Of a DNA stretch of 64,000 nucleotides, positions 34,671-46,231 are shown one piece after another; the first letter of the stretch is position 1; each line of letters opens with the position of its first letter. Under the pieces are notes generated by a model. The model saw nothing but the letters and a program-made list of their open reading frames with translations, was not told the origin of the DNA and ran no database searches. This DNA comes from Curvularia clavata (lineage: Eukaryota): contig CP089278.1 in the NCBI GenBank assembly GCA_023920165.1, positions 2,356,001-2,420,000 on the forward strand, given 5' to 3'. The translations under genes and the position numbers were made by a program.

Positions 34671-36821
34671 ATGCAAGCGGATCGCATGTGCCCCACAGAA
34701 TCTGACACTTTTTGCTCCTTATCAGCAGCCATGGAAGTCATGCCCGATGAGATCTTCCCGTCAAGCCACTTCTCTGCACCAATAGCCACCTCTCAAAACA
34801 CCACCAACGCAAGGTCACGACGTCCATGCGACCCCTGTCGCCGACGCAAGTCGCGATGCGAAAGACCAGACGAGGACCGGCCCTGCCTTCTTTGCCGGTT
34901 CCACCAAAAGGAGTGCACATTTAACGAGAATCCTCCGCCACGAAAACGGCGAGCATTGACTATCAACGAGAGCACCGAGCACAGCGAGTCTCTTCCGGCC
35001 TTAATAGCATATTCACCAGATAGCAACAGGGGCAATACTGCTGCGTCTACATCACCTCAGGACGCAACCATTAGAATCCGACAGGATCCACCAATAGATG
35101 ACTACGCAAACCTGCCCGGCCCCTCACTCTTGAAAAAGACGCTGGGTTTACAGACAAGCCGACACAGCCGTCTTCTTGGATCTACATCGGAATATGAGAA
35201 GCTTCTCCTTTCTTTCGAGCCAAACCAAAACCATCACAATGCCAATTCATATTTAGGACAGTCTACGTTGCGACGAGTGGACATCAACGCTACAACGTTC
35301 ATCTCATTACCTGATGCCGAATCGCTCAACAACGATCATGACATCCAAGATCTGGACGCCATAGAAATGGCCGTCGCGCCTCATGGATCCGCTCTAGTTC
35401 ACCTTTATTTCCGGATTGTCCACCCGAGCTTTCCAGTCTTGCATAAGAAAGTCTTTTTGGAGAAGTATGCGCGCACGCACCGAGAGTTCTCACCACCCCT
35501 CCTTGCTGCGGTATATCTTCTGGCTCTTGACTGGTGGTCGTACTCGAGTGAGCTAGTTCCACTATCGAAGCCTGATGTATCTCATCTGGAAGGGCTAGCC
35601 ATGAAGTCATTCAGTAATGTTGTCCATCGCCCAAAGCTTTCGACGATACAAGCGGGTTTGCTGCTTCTGCAGCGGCATAAGGGCAATAGCTGGGCTATGA
35701 CGACTCAACTTGTTGGTCTTGCCCAAGACATGGGTCTCAACCTCGATTGCACAGAATGGCAGATTCCGAGCTGGGAGCGTGGGCTTCGGAAGCGCTTGGC
35801 CTGGGGTGTATACATGCAGGATAAATGGGGCTCTCTCATCCATGGTAGGCCCTCGCACATTACGCCATCCGACTGGGAGGCGCAACCGCTGAATGAAGAT
35901 GACTTTCCCGAAAATGCCGGTGATGAAGATGACGAAGATGGAAGCACAGAAGTCGAGAAGGGACGCATCTTGTTTTGCTACATGGTCGAACTTACCAAGA
36001 TCTTAGCAAGAATTCTAACAACATTCTACACGCTAAAGGCTGAACGCGAACTTGCGTATCGTGCAAATGAAGGGGTGCGATCGCTGCTCGATACTGCGAA
36101 GCCCCTGCAGCTCGCTTTGCGCCAATGGTATGTCGACATGCCATCCACTCTCAGAATGGACAATATTCCAGCGAGAAAGCTCTCCAGCGTAGGATACCTC
36201 CATCTTGGCTACTACGCTGTTGAAATGACGTTGCATCGGCGCATCATCCGTTCAGTATCATCTGCAGATGATGTAGAACTTTCCATGATCTGCCGTCAAG
36301 CAGCACAGACACGACTTACTTCAGCCATGAAATTTGTGCAGTCCTTGAGGCCCGAGCATCATCAATCGTTTTGGTATTCTGCATCAATTTACAACTTCGT
36401 ACTTATTGGCTCTTTCATATCCCTGTTGTGGGTAACGTCTCGTACTGAGGAAGAAGCTGCCGAGTACCGGAAGAAGCTGGATGAATACAAATGGACGCTG
36501 CGCCTTTCCAGCAAATCAGCAGATTTTCTTGGGCGAGCGCTAGCGTCACTCAATGATTCAACTGTCGCATTGGTACACAAGGCTGCCGAAAACCTCGATT
36601 CAGGCAGAATGTTGAGCGCTCATCAGCACGCGAGGAACCGTCAAGCTTCGACGGCAGCGAGCCAGGCTCATCTGGATACGGTTCGATCTACACCTTATGA
36701 TTTAGCGTTCGTCGGAGTGGAGGCCCGTGAGAGCACTAGAGAAGCGCCTCTGGATGAACACAACATGGATGGGCACTCGTGGTTCCAAGCGCTGACGGGG
36801 AGCGAATTCCAAGGCGCATAA
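34671..36821 (+). CDS. Zn(II)2Cys6 transcription factor, Dal81/TamA-like
   Basis: RPCDPCRRRKSRC...CLLCRFHQKECTF binuclear cluster; LYFRIVHPSFPVLHK, LRKRLAW..YMQDKW..LIHGRPSHI fungal-TF middle region; start may be 34731. Confidence 0.9.
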   Translation: MQADRMCPTESDTFCSLSAAMEVMPDEIFPSSHFSAPIATSQNTTNARSRRPCDPCRRRKSRCERPDEDRPCLLCRFHQKECTFNENPPPRKRRALTINESTEHSESLPALIAYSPDSNRGNTAASTSPQDATIRIRQDPPIDDYANLPGPSLLKKTLGLQTSRHSRLLGSTSEYEKLLLSFEPNQNHHNANSYLGQSTLRRVDINATTFISLPDAESLNNDHDIQDLDAIEMAVAPHGSALVHLYFRIVHPSFPVLHKKVFLEKYARTHREFSPPLLAAVYLLALDWWSYSSELVPLSKPDVSHLEGLAMKSFSNVVHRPKLSTIQAGLLLLQRHKGNSWAMTTQLVGLAQDMGLNLDCTEWQIPSWERGLRKRLAWGVYMQDKWGSLIHGRPSHITPSDWEAQPLNEDDFPENAGDEDDEDGSTEVEKGRILFCYMVELTKILARILTTFYTLKAERELAYRANEGVRSLLDTAKPLQLALRQWYVDMPSTLRMDNIPARKLSSVGYLHLGYYAVEMTLHRRIIRSVSSADDVELSMICRQAAQTRLTSAMKFVQSLRPEHHQSFWYSASIYNFVLIGSFISLLWVTSRTEEEAAEYRKKLDEYKWTLRLSSKSADFLGRALASLNDSTVALVHKAAENLDSGRMLSAHQHARNRQASTAASQAHLDTVRSTPYDLAFVGVEARESTREAPLDEHNMDGHSWFQALTGSEFQGA

Positions 36822-38492
36822 CGAAGTACAAGCTGGATCATGTCCCGTCATTTACCAGTCCGTTATATGGGACTTGATTGCTCTATCCGAGAGTTACGAT
36901 GCTAAGAACGGCAATCGGAGGGTCGGAACAGAAGCCTAAAGATCATCCACCCGTTTTTAGAACTAGGGCAGCGATTCATACCAGCCTAGTTTTTGGAAAC
37001 CTTAAGTTAGTCATCTCACAGAGTCAAACTATACGGCTGCCTCTCCATCTTCTCGTGTGTTCCGCACAAATAGACGGCGGTCAGACGGCGGTCGCAATCT
37101 TGATCAAGGGGCTGGCGTGTTCAGCCTCACACCAATGGGCCAGCAGAAACGCGAGGCTTACCTTCACAATCTCCACTCGCAGCTAGCTCTCATTCTCGAA
37201 AAGGCTTAGATGTAGATGGAAAGTCAAAGAATGAATCCGCATCAGCCCACCAGGAGACTTTGCATCATATCACACCAACGCAAAACATCACTAGATGACG
37301 GCCTAACCCACATCCCAATTCCCCGCAGGACCACCCCCTCAAACAGCGGCTCCGCCCCTCTTTAAGCTCACAATAGGAGGGGTAAAGTAAAAACAAAGAA
37401 CAAAAACCCTTCTCTGGGTTTCCTTTGTGTAGTGTAGCCTGCATTGTACTATTGCGAAGCATGTTGGCAACCCAAACAATATCTAAAGTTTTGTCGCAAT
37501 CTCGTCGGAAACAAGTATCCCTGACCAAGCCTCATTTTACGCCGTCTAGGATATAAAACTACAGAAAGCATGGATTATCGTTAAACAAGCTAGCCACGCT
37601 ATGTAAGCACAGTAACTCAGCCGTGAAACCGCAGCGTGTGGAATACATAACGATGAACGGAACATGACGTCATTCCTCGCTCAGAATTCACAATCGCGCG
37701 CGGCAATCGGGGGAGAAACGCTCCGTATCGTGCTTGCGTGAACTAGGTTCATGGGCTTGCTTTTTACGTAGGTTATTGCTTATTCGGTACCTCGTTTCCC
37801 TTACATTACCGGTGAGGAGGTATTCAAGGAGAGGCTTTAGGAGTGGGGCTCTGAGAATGTGAGGTGTAAGAGGGGTGCTCAGACAAAGTGCGGGCAATGT
37901 GGGAGCCAGGGAAGTCCAGCACAGCTTGAGCTGATTGCTTTTCCTTCTTATCGACAGACCTTTGCTGATGAGAAAAGTTCCTTGGGACCGAACCATACCC
38001 TTGGGAAAATCAATATGGTGGGTGGTTTGCAAATGCAGGGTCGCTGGCAGCCCGTGGATTCCTATTGGAAGGAGGAAAAGAAAGAAACATTGATCGCTAT
38101 AGTTAGCCCTGTTTGGGCACAGCACATGTGCAAAGGTTAATTGGAGTCATCGACAAGCGAGTACAGTCGCATTGAGGGGAAACAGGGAATCAAGGCGTTT
38201 TGGAAAACACCAGAGGTGTTATGATAACAGGAAATTCGCAGAGCTAATATTACAGTACATGAATGAGAATCGAAACCTAGCAGTTCCATCGCTGATGCCT
38301 CAGCATCGAGGGGTATCTCATTTTCTGATTTGAGCACTTCATTTCAGAACCGTTACGCCGTATCCCAAACACACCCAGTTACACAAATATCGCCAGAACC
38401 CGTAGCTGCGTTGCAGTCGTAGAATACGTCAGCCCATATCAACATCTAAATAGGTTGAATTGATCGTAAAAACGTCATCGCAAGAGTTGAGT

Positions 38493-39101
38493 TCACGCCC
38501 AGGTCTTGGAAGTATTGAGCCCAAGCTCAAGGTGCTGGGCGATGGCAGACGCAAAGTCACCGCTCACATTTGATGAATGACGGCGACGCTCACGACGTAT
38601 TTGATGTTCGGCCTCCATGAGACGCTCCTGGATCCAGGCACGCTGCTTTTCGTCGTTGCGGATACAGTCGGTATTCAGGAGCTCGGTAAGTGTGGCTACA
38701 ATCTGCTGGTTGATCTCAGCGAGCTTTTGGGACTCTTCTGTATGCATGTCGTCGACACTGTTACGTGGGGCAGTGCTGGTCCTGGTGCCGGTGGGTATTG
38801 GATCACTCGCCATGGGATACGGCATAGAATGATTCGAGGATGTTGGCGACGAGGAGAGGGATTGAAACTCCGGCGAGTTGGGAGTCATTGGAGCATTGAA
38901 TGGGATCTCCATCGCCATGCGGCGTTGAAGAGCCTCTTTCTGGGCAGAGAGCAGCATGTACTTCTGCATCGATTGATGCTGAGTAAAAACGTTAACATAG
39001 GCCGCTTCATGAATACATGTGGGGATACATACCCGACACAAAGCGGGTCTCGACATGGGTGTCATGGTTTCGTTTGACTTAGTATCGTCTGGCATTTGCA
39101 T
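38493..39101 (-). CDS. Hypothetical protein (probable 54-nt intron 38979-39032)
   Basis: Open frame with helical C-terminal block KLAEINQQIVATLTELLN...RAWIQERLMEAEHQIRRERRRH; GTATGT..TTAAC..CAG intron signals. Confidence 0.7.
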   Translation of the reverse strand: MQMPDDTKSNETMTPMSRPALCRVCIPTCIHEAAYVNVFTQHQSMQKYMLLSAQKEALQRRMAMEIPFNAPMTPNSPEFQSLSSSPTSSNHSMPYPMASDPIPTGTRTSTAPRNSVDDMHTEESQKLAEINQQIVATLTELLNTDCIRNDEKQRAWIQERLMEAEHQIRRERRRHSSNVSGDFASAIAQHLELGLNTSKTWA

Positions 39102-40650
39102 TGTTCGTAGTTTGTAAGGTCTGATTTCTGATTGTGTGGGGATGTCGGGTTCTAGTAGATATACCAGTTGGCAATGCCAAGAGCGTTACGTGCTGGGAGA
39201 TCGGCAAGACCTAAAGGTGTGGGTACCAAAACTAATCAGTGTGGATTAAAGTGGAGTCAAGTCGAAGAGGTGATGCTGCTGTGAAGCCTTGGTAAGGGTT
39301 GACGCGCAAGCTGTCGGACAAGCGTGATATGATGGATGGATTCCAGAGTTTGTTCGACAAACAAAAATGGTCTTCCGTTTGGAGGGCTGCTGGCAACTTA
39401 AACACTTCGTAACGAGAGAGCCATGACGTCCAGCTAGCTTATCCTGTCCAAGACACAGCGCGGCTGAATCCGCCCTTCCCAGGCTCTGAGCCAACAAGGC
39501 CCGTTTCGTACAACCTTGTTGGGATAGCCAGGAGCTCTGAGTGGGTAGATTCATGATTGGCAGAGGAATCGTCTTTGTGGATCGACATGTGGTTGTGAGG
39601 GGGCTTCTAAGCGACATCACGTCACCGGTAGGGAACTCGATGTAGCGTTCTCGGCGCTGAATCCCGATCACGTCCAACCAGCATACCCTCTGGGAAATCC
39701 GTTACGAGAATCGTGATTCTATCCTGTACCTGCATGAATGCGAGCAAAAAAAAGTTTGATTTGCCTCTCAACATGGTTGAGCGACTCGTGTCAGCATCGG
39801 ATTTTTTTCAGCGCTCCATCACAATTCCATCATAACACAAATTGCCATGTGTTACAAAGGAATGACGTCTAACCTGAAACCCGAATTACCCCCGTCGCAC
39901 ATTTCCACACCCCTGGCTAAGCCATAGAGACCCCTCACACATCACTGCCAGCAGGGCAAATAGGCGCTCGGCAAAGACATTCAATTTCATAGTCCGGCCA
40001 GTTGGAGGGCGCACAGAAAGGGCAACGTCTGATTGCTGCGATCTCACGCCAACGCAAGTAGTAGCCGGGAAGAGATTCGTAGCTGTGGCAGCGCAAAATC
40101 CGGTTTGGAACGCCACATTAGTGGCTCAGTCTCACGTGTGTGCCGCGCCCCGGCTTAGCGGTGACGTCCCAGTTCCAACCAGATCCTGCGGGTTGAAATA
40201 CCGCGGAGTGTGATCGTCGCCTGGAGCGTATCAGGGTGCTCTGGTGTATTGTAGATTGGGCTTCTAGATGAAGGTCGAAATCCTTCGCTGTAAAACCCGT
40301 ACGTCACATAGAAACGCCACGTTGGTGGCACGCATGGATAGCGTGGCCTTTTTGCGCAAAATGACCCTGCAGTCTGTATTGTAGAGGAAATACAATCAGG
40401 GAAATCCACCTTGGACCCTGGCGGGCTCCATGGCTAGTCCCGTCTATGGACGCCTGCAAGGTTCGGTGTCATTGTTATCCAGTTGACGTTAGTCTTTCGG
40501 CGTGAGTCTGTTGGACTATCACGATCCTACATGGACTGCGCCTATATCCGAAACCCTTTGACGATGATAGGCGGAAGAAGCAGGGCAAACGTGCGAGTCT
40601 TTGTGCTCACATCATCGAAGATGGGGTTGCAACAGGAGTGCATGTGCATG

Positions 40651-41259
40651 TCACTCTTCAGCTGCCTGCCGCTCTGACCAAAAGCCTTTGCCATAGCTGA
40701 CCAGGATTTCCTGGCCACGACCAATGCCCTTTGCTCTCTTTCCGCTCTTACCGGCGCTGAGGACAAAGACGCCGACTCTCTTCTCTACCTTCCCATTTCC
40801 AATATCCACATATATATCGCGAAATTCAGCGTTGGGTGCAGAGGAGACGCCTCGGTAGTCGTTGATGAAGCGCGCTTCGTTGCCCATGGTGGAAGCGTCC
40901 ACGCCGATACCTAGTTCACGGTCCAGAGAGAGATCGTAGTCTGAGGCTGGATTGGTGTCGTCCTGATCATGGACATAGCCCAGATACGGAAGAATGAACG
41001 AGTCTGGAGGGAGCTGCTGGTTAGCGTAGAGAGCATGTTGTCCGTATGCTGGATGAGCAGAGTCTGTGACAGGGGTAATCTTGACATTGATATACGGCCC
41101 GCTTGGCTTATAAACTTGTATATTGGAACCTAGATGTGATTTTGAGAATACAATTGCCTGTGCCTTATCCTGAGACAGCTTCTTTGAATATGAAGGTGCG
41201 TGGAGGTAGATGGTATTCCCATCCCATCCTTTCGGCACAGCGCCTGATGTCCGAGGCAT
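40651..41259 (-). CDS. Small stand-alone SET-domain protein
   Basis: GQHALYA, YLGYV, DASTMGNEARFINDY...PNAEF, GQEILVSYGKGFW SET motifs. Confidence 0.88.
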   Translation of the reverse strand: MPRTSGAVPKGWDGNTIYLHAPSYSKKLSQDKAQAIVFSKSHLGSNIQVYKPSGPYINVKITPVTDSAHPAYGQHALYANQQLPPDSFILPYLGYVHDQDDTNPASDYDLSLDRELGIGVDASTMGNEARFINDYRGVSSAPNAEFRDIYVDIGNGKVEKRVGVFVLSAGKSGKRAKGIGRGQEILVSYGKGFWSERQAAEE

Positions 41260-43006
41260 TCTACGATAGCGTTGGGGCGGATGTCCAGTGCCTACTTGGG
41301 GAGGGCGCCCTTTGCCGCCGTGGATGCAGGCAATAGGGTGCGAGCAGGGCAGAGGTGACTGTGATTCAAGTGTATGTATTGAAGGTGGCGTCAGGAAGGG
41401 CGTTGGTGTCGGGACATGCTGACGGCAGGCTGAAGTGGGCGGCCGGTGTGGAAAAGGGAGAGCATCGTGGGCGGCAGCACCTCGGAGCAGCAGCCGCTAG
41501 CGCGCGCCTGCATTGCCTTGCCTGTCCACAATAACCTCAACACCCCGAAGCTACGCCTCACCATCTTCACCGCGACCCGAGACGCTCCCACGGCCCCAAG
41601 GAAATGACAGCCATTTGCGGTAAGTCGATGCCGGCCACACGCCAGTGGAGATGCGATTGCTCGTGTTGTATGGGGCACTATTTGCTCCTTCACATATCCC
41701 ATCCAAGCCTGTGCCGCCATCAACGCGCGATGGCTTACATACGTTACGGTAGCGCCCACTAGACTCATGTGTGCCGCTCGCGACAATAGTGCATGCGAAA
41801 TTACACAGCTGCCTCTGGACTCTGGACTGCCGTCCGTAAGCCGTCAGCAGATCGTGGCCGATCCGACTTACGGCACGACAAAGAAGTTTATCGACAAAAG
41901 CTTCTTGCAACGACCGCCATATAGAAGCCGCCGTCGAAGTCGAGCCTCGTTTCCATCTGCTCGCTCTGCGAAGATTTGTAAGGCGACCATCGGGACAGTG
42001 CTGCAGCGCGGATGTCGGCCCTTCGCTGGATTTAGTCAAAGGTCTAGATGCTGCTCGCGATGCAGGAACCCGTCCGTATCCACATAGAGCATAGGCCAAT
42101 GACATGGCATCGAGGCCAACTGACGGCTGGATTTCGCGCCCTCTCCTTTCAGCAGGTGGTTATTATTGCTCGGACGCGGGGAGACTTGTCTATGCGTGGT
42201 CACTTCGAATCTCCGCGCTGACGGATCTCGCTGGGCTAGTCTATTTTTGTGGCCCCTCCCCCTAATCGTCGCTATGTTCAGGTGTTCAGCGATGACGGCC
42301 AAGAGCGGTGTGGCCTACAGATCCCTACGACGCGTCACGAAACCCACTTACCAAGAGGCTCAACATTGGCGTGGTCGTCCTGCATGTTCGTGCTGCCGGC
42401 TCTCTCTGCCTTGATGCGGCGGCGGATCATAGGCTTCAGGAGCGTCGAGCCTAGTGGGTGATTGAGCAAATCCGGTGTGCACAAGTCGCCCGCTAGTCGA
42501 CAGCTCGCCCAAAGCAGTTAAGACAAGAGTCGAGATCCTGAGACGACATGAGTCGCTTGGCAGGGAGCTTGTCAAACTCATTTCGTTTCTGTCCTGCATC
42601 CTCCCCCTGATTGGCTCGCTCAACAGGTATCAATAAACGACTCATAACGGCGGCCAATGTCGACACTACCCACAGCTTCCCCTTTTCCGTACTGTTTCTG
42701 CGCACAGCCCACTGGACGGCGCCATCGGCACGCCATGCCAAACTTCTAGCGATGCTACCAGACGAACGCGGAAATGTCCCTGTCCCCTTGTCCCCTGGGG
42801 GGTGAGCATTCTCGGCAAGGCCAAACTCGAGCACAGTTGTATATAATGTCTTCCCCATCAGCACCTCTGATTCTTTCCTCACCACACACTCACTACACTC
42901 GCTAATACCCGGTTATCACCGATCACATTCGTTCTCTACGACCTCCATCGCCTTTTACTTAATACCAACCGTATTTAATACCAACCCCCCAAACCCCACA
43001 ATCAAG

Positions 43007-43654
43007 ATGCGTTCCTTCGCCGTCGTTGCTGGCTTCGCTGCCGTCGCCATTGCTGCTCCTCACTACGAGGCTGCTTCCAGCTCCGCTCCCGTCTACCCGG
43101 TTGAGACCCCCAGCTCTGCTCCTGTTTACCCAGCCAGCTCTGCCCCGGTCTACCCAGCCAGCTCCGCTCCCGTCTACGCTGCCTCCTCGGCTCCGGTTTA
43201 CCCCGTTGCCTCTTCCTCGGCCCCTGCCTACACCACCACCGAGGTCATCTCTGCTACCACCTACGTCTGCCCCGAGGAGACCACCATCACCTACGGCCCC
43301 AGCACCTATGTTGTTAGCAAGAGCGGCACCCTGAGCATCCCTCAGTACACTGCCACCTACGTCCACTACCCCGTTGCTTCCGCTCCTCCTGCGCCTGCCA
43401 AGTCCACCCCTGTTTACCCAGTTGCCAGCGCCAGCAAGCCCGCTTACACTCCCCCGGCTTACTCTGCCGCTCCCCCTGCTCCTCACTACCCTGCCACCAA
43501 CGGCACCCAGCCTTCCGTCCCTGCTGCTCAGGGTACCGCCACTGGCACCAAGCCCACTGCTACCAAGCCCGCCACCCCTGAGTTCACTGGTGCCGCTGGC
43601 AAGGCCACCGTTGGCTTCTTCGCCGTTGCCGGTGCCGTCGCTGCTTTCTTGTAA
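43007..43654 (+). CDS. GPI-anchored cell-wall protein with SSAPVYP repeats (Ccg-6/Sed1-like TTEV..TTYxCP motif)
   Basis: Signal peptide, strongly biased codons, YTTTEVISATTYVCPEETTITYG, C-terminal FTGAAGK + hydrophobic tail; TATATAA at about 42840. Confidence 0.88.
   Translation: MRSFAVVAGFAAVAIAAPHYEAASSSAPVYPVETPSSAPVYPASSAPVYPASSAPVYAASSAPVYPVASSSAPAYTTTEVISATTYVCPEETTITYGPSTYVVSKSGTLSIPQYTATYVHYPVASAPPAPAKSTPVYPVASASKPAYTPPAYSAAPPAPHYPATNGTQPSVPAAQGTATGTKPTATKPATPEFTGAAGKATVGFFAVAGAVAAFL
43078..43231 (+). repeat. Coding tandem repeat, 24-27-nt units encoding (A)SSAPVYP
   Basis: Five SSAPVY units plus one SSAPAY in the translation. Confidence 0.85.
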
Positions 43655-44040
43655 GCAGTGAGCTCTTGAGTGGTTTGTTGGGACATGAATCCATCATGTT
43701 CCATCTGATCTATTCTTGAGTTGGTGTGAGTAAAGAGGAGGGAGATGAAAAATATGGCTTCACGGGTTACGACTTGATAAACTGCATTCACGATTCAGTC
43801 TCGGATTGAGAGTCGCGGTGTTTTCTGGTACGAGCCCTTGCTTCCTTGCGCAATTCTGTCGCAGCAGCATTTCGATGGAAAATATAATACTTGGTATTGT
43901 AATACGCATTGGTTGGAATGCTTAGTCGCCCTATGGAGGGAGTCGTGTGGTCCGGGTGGACCTGCTTGTCTTCCATAGATTCTTTGCCCATAGTTTTTTG
44001 AGAGGAATCGCCAAGTTAATTGACAGTAGTCCACCTTTTA

Positions 44041-44563
44041 CTATTGCATCATCAGTTCTGCATTCGCAACGTGACCGCTATCCATCTCAACCTCGAGTGC
44101 TCTCGATTTTCCACGCGACGACGTTTCCCCCTCGCCACCCCCGGAAACTCCCTTGCCCCTGTCAGCCCTGGATTCCGCCCACCCCCCCTTCCATCCCCTT
44201 CTCCCCCATTCGAGAAACCTTTTTACCCCGGTGGAAATTACAGCCCGCATAACTGACATGTCTCCCTTCCCTGATTCGCTTGCCTTGCCCGACAAAAGAG
44301 CATCCCTGTTTTCGCTCCTAAACGCCCCTGTCTATTGGAATGGTTGGGGTGGGTTGGCTACCGATAACCAAGTAATCCCGGCCTAGGTATACGATTATCG
44401 CCTCGGCGCTAGATTACCTGTTTTGGCACTGTGCATCCATCACGATCTGCCGAGTTATGCAAGCATGTTTGTGTTCTTGTGCTATTTATTCTGTTTGGCT
44501 TGGTTTTTTGGGAAGGGACGGGGTGGGGACAATGAGGACATGGGACTTACATGGAAGCGCCAT
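44041..44563 (-). CDS. Candidate spliced orphan gene, 110 aa (introns 44447-44550, 44332-44417)
   Basis: atcATGG start, GTAAGT..CAG and GTAATC..TAG junctions keep the frame into the 44041-44295 ORF; branch sites are weak; no recognisable domain. Confidence 0.3.
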
Positions 44564-45107
44564 GATTCTGATCACTTCATTGAGAGTGTGTCGATGTGCT
44601 AGATGCCTTGCTCAAGGCTAGACAGGTTAGCTGCGCACGGGCGGGCGGCGGTGAATGTTATGAGCGGTTTATGTGCGGTGTCTGTGTGTCTATAGACTTG
44701 GTGGATTATGGATTAGCGCATGAGTGACGATGGTGATGCGGTGTGCGATGATGTGCTGTGTAAGTTGGCTGATGTTGACATCGGGGAGGTTGGAGGTTGT
44801 GGAGCGCATGCGTTGGAGATGGGGCGTTTGGCACCATTTGTGCTGGCCAAGAATATGTCTTGTTGTGCGGGAAGTCTAAGTATTGGTGGCTTGAAGCTCT
44901 CGTTATTAATTTTACCGTCGAACTGGGTGGTAGTGGTCGCGGGTATACCTGCCTTCTTCACTATCCTGGTTCAAGATGCAACTCACTATCTGAACTGCAA
45001 CCCCCATTTTGATGTATCATGTCACAGGACAGGATGTCATAGTATAGTAAATAGGGTTGTATTCGTATTCATATTCATCATTGCCTCCAACACGCCCTGA
45101 ACTGCTC

Positions 45108-45470
45108 TCAATTCGGTGAGCCTTGCCTACACCTCGCCCCGCTTTTACCACAATCACTCGCAACCCCATAATCACAGCATCCGCCGCTCGAGCTACACTG
45201 GTATGCGTGGTTGCTCACACGCTTCGTTTTAATCGCGTATGTTCCTGCGCCTACAACGCAGTTGCCGCAGTAGACGCCGGCAGCGAGTCCGCTGACACAC
45301 GCGCATCCGTTGTAGCTACATGCTCTCTTGTCGAGCGTGAGGTCGTTGTCTCGAGTAGACAGGTGTAGTTTGTTGTTGAAGTGGCTGTTGCTGTCGCGCT
45401 CTTGGGGCGGTGAGGCAGAGACGTGGCAAGCGAAAGCTGCGAAAAGGAAGACGATGGAGTGAAAATGCAT
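45108..45470 (-). CDS. Small secreted cysteine-rich protein (signal peptide, pro-region ending LDKR, mature ~71 aa with 10 Cys)
   Basis: [23 protein letters not shown] Kex2 site; CSYNGCAC...YCGNC...YQC...CCDYG...C...C. Confidence 0.85.
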   Translation of the reverse strand: MHFHSIVFLFAAFACHVSASPPQERDSNSHFNNKLHLSTRDNDLTLDKRACSYNGCACVSGLAAGVYCGNCVVGAGTYAIKTKRVSNHAYQCSSSGGCCDYGVASDCGKSGARCRQGSPN

Positions 45471-46209
45471 GATTTATGAAACGGACTTAGGAAGGTTGTA
45501 GATTTGAAGCTGGAGAGGTTTTCAAGTAGTTGTTATGTATTTGTTTTTGCTTCGAGCGGAGATCTCAATCTAGGATTGATGCAACTCAACTACAAGTGTG
45601 CATTCGTTCGAAAACATCAATTTGTCGCACAAGCGCTGATTGGGTATGACTTCGTGTTCTTCGCTTTTGAGCTGCAAACTGCAAGCCACTTTGTCTAGCT
45701 AGACACGCTGTGCGACTCTTCCCGTCCCTGTCTTGGCCAATAGCCTCGGTTGGAGTTGGCCCCCAATGCGATGCCAATGGTCATGTGGTGTCTCTACTCG
45801 GGGTGTTTTTATTCCTTCTAGAATGACTTGGTGATGCTATACCATAGCACCAAGAAGTATGACAGGAAACTGCTTTAACTACGTCAATTGTGACATCGTG
45901 TGTCACGCCAATGCTACCTCGCAATACTTAAGTACCGCTTTGAGTGTATATGCATAATACTAGTAAACACTTATTTGATATCCGTTACATTTCGTATAAT
46001 CTTAAAACACGCTTTCCAGCGAGACTGTTCGTTTTTCTTGTCCATTCAATCCACCACAAAGAAGAATATCGTAGTCATTACCTGCTACTAGTCTCTAACA
46101 CAAGCACCTAGCACCTACTATACATCTCAAACTCGGTTGCTGCTAAGCAAAGTAAAGGCAAAACAAAACCACTGAAAACATTGCCTCTTAGTATTTGTGC
46201 AAGAAACGA

Positions 46210-46231
46210 ATATATATATATATATATATAT
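46210..46231. repeat. (AT)n microsatellite in an AT-rich intergenic stretch
   Basis: atatatatatatatatatatat read directly. Confidence 0.9.
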
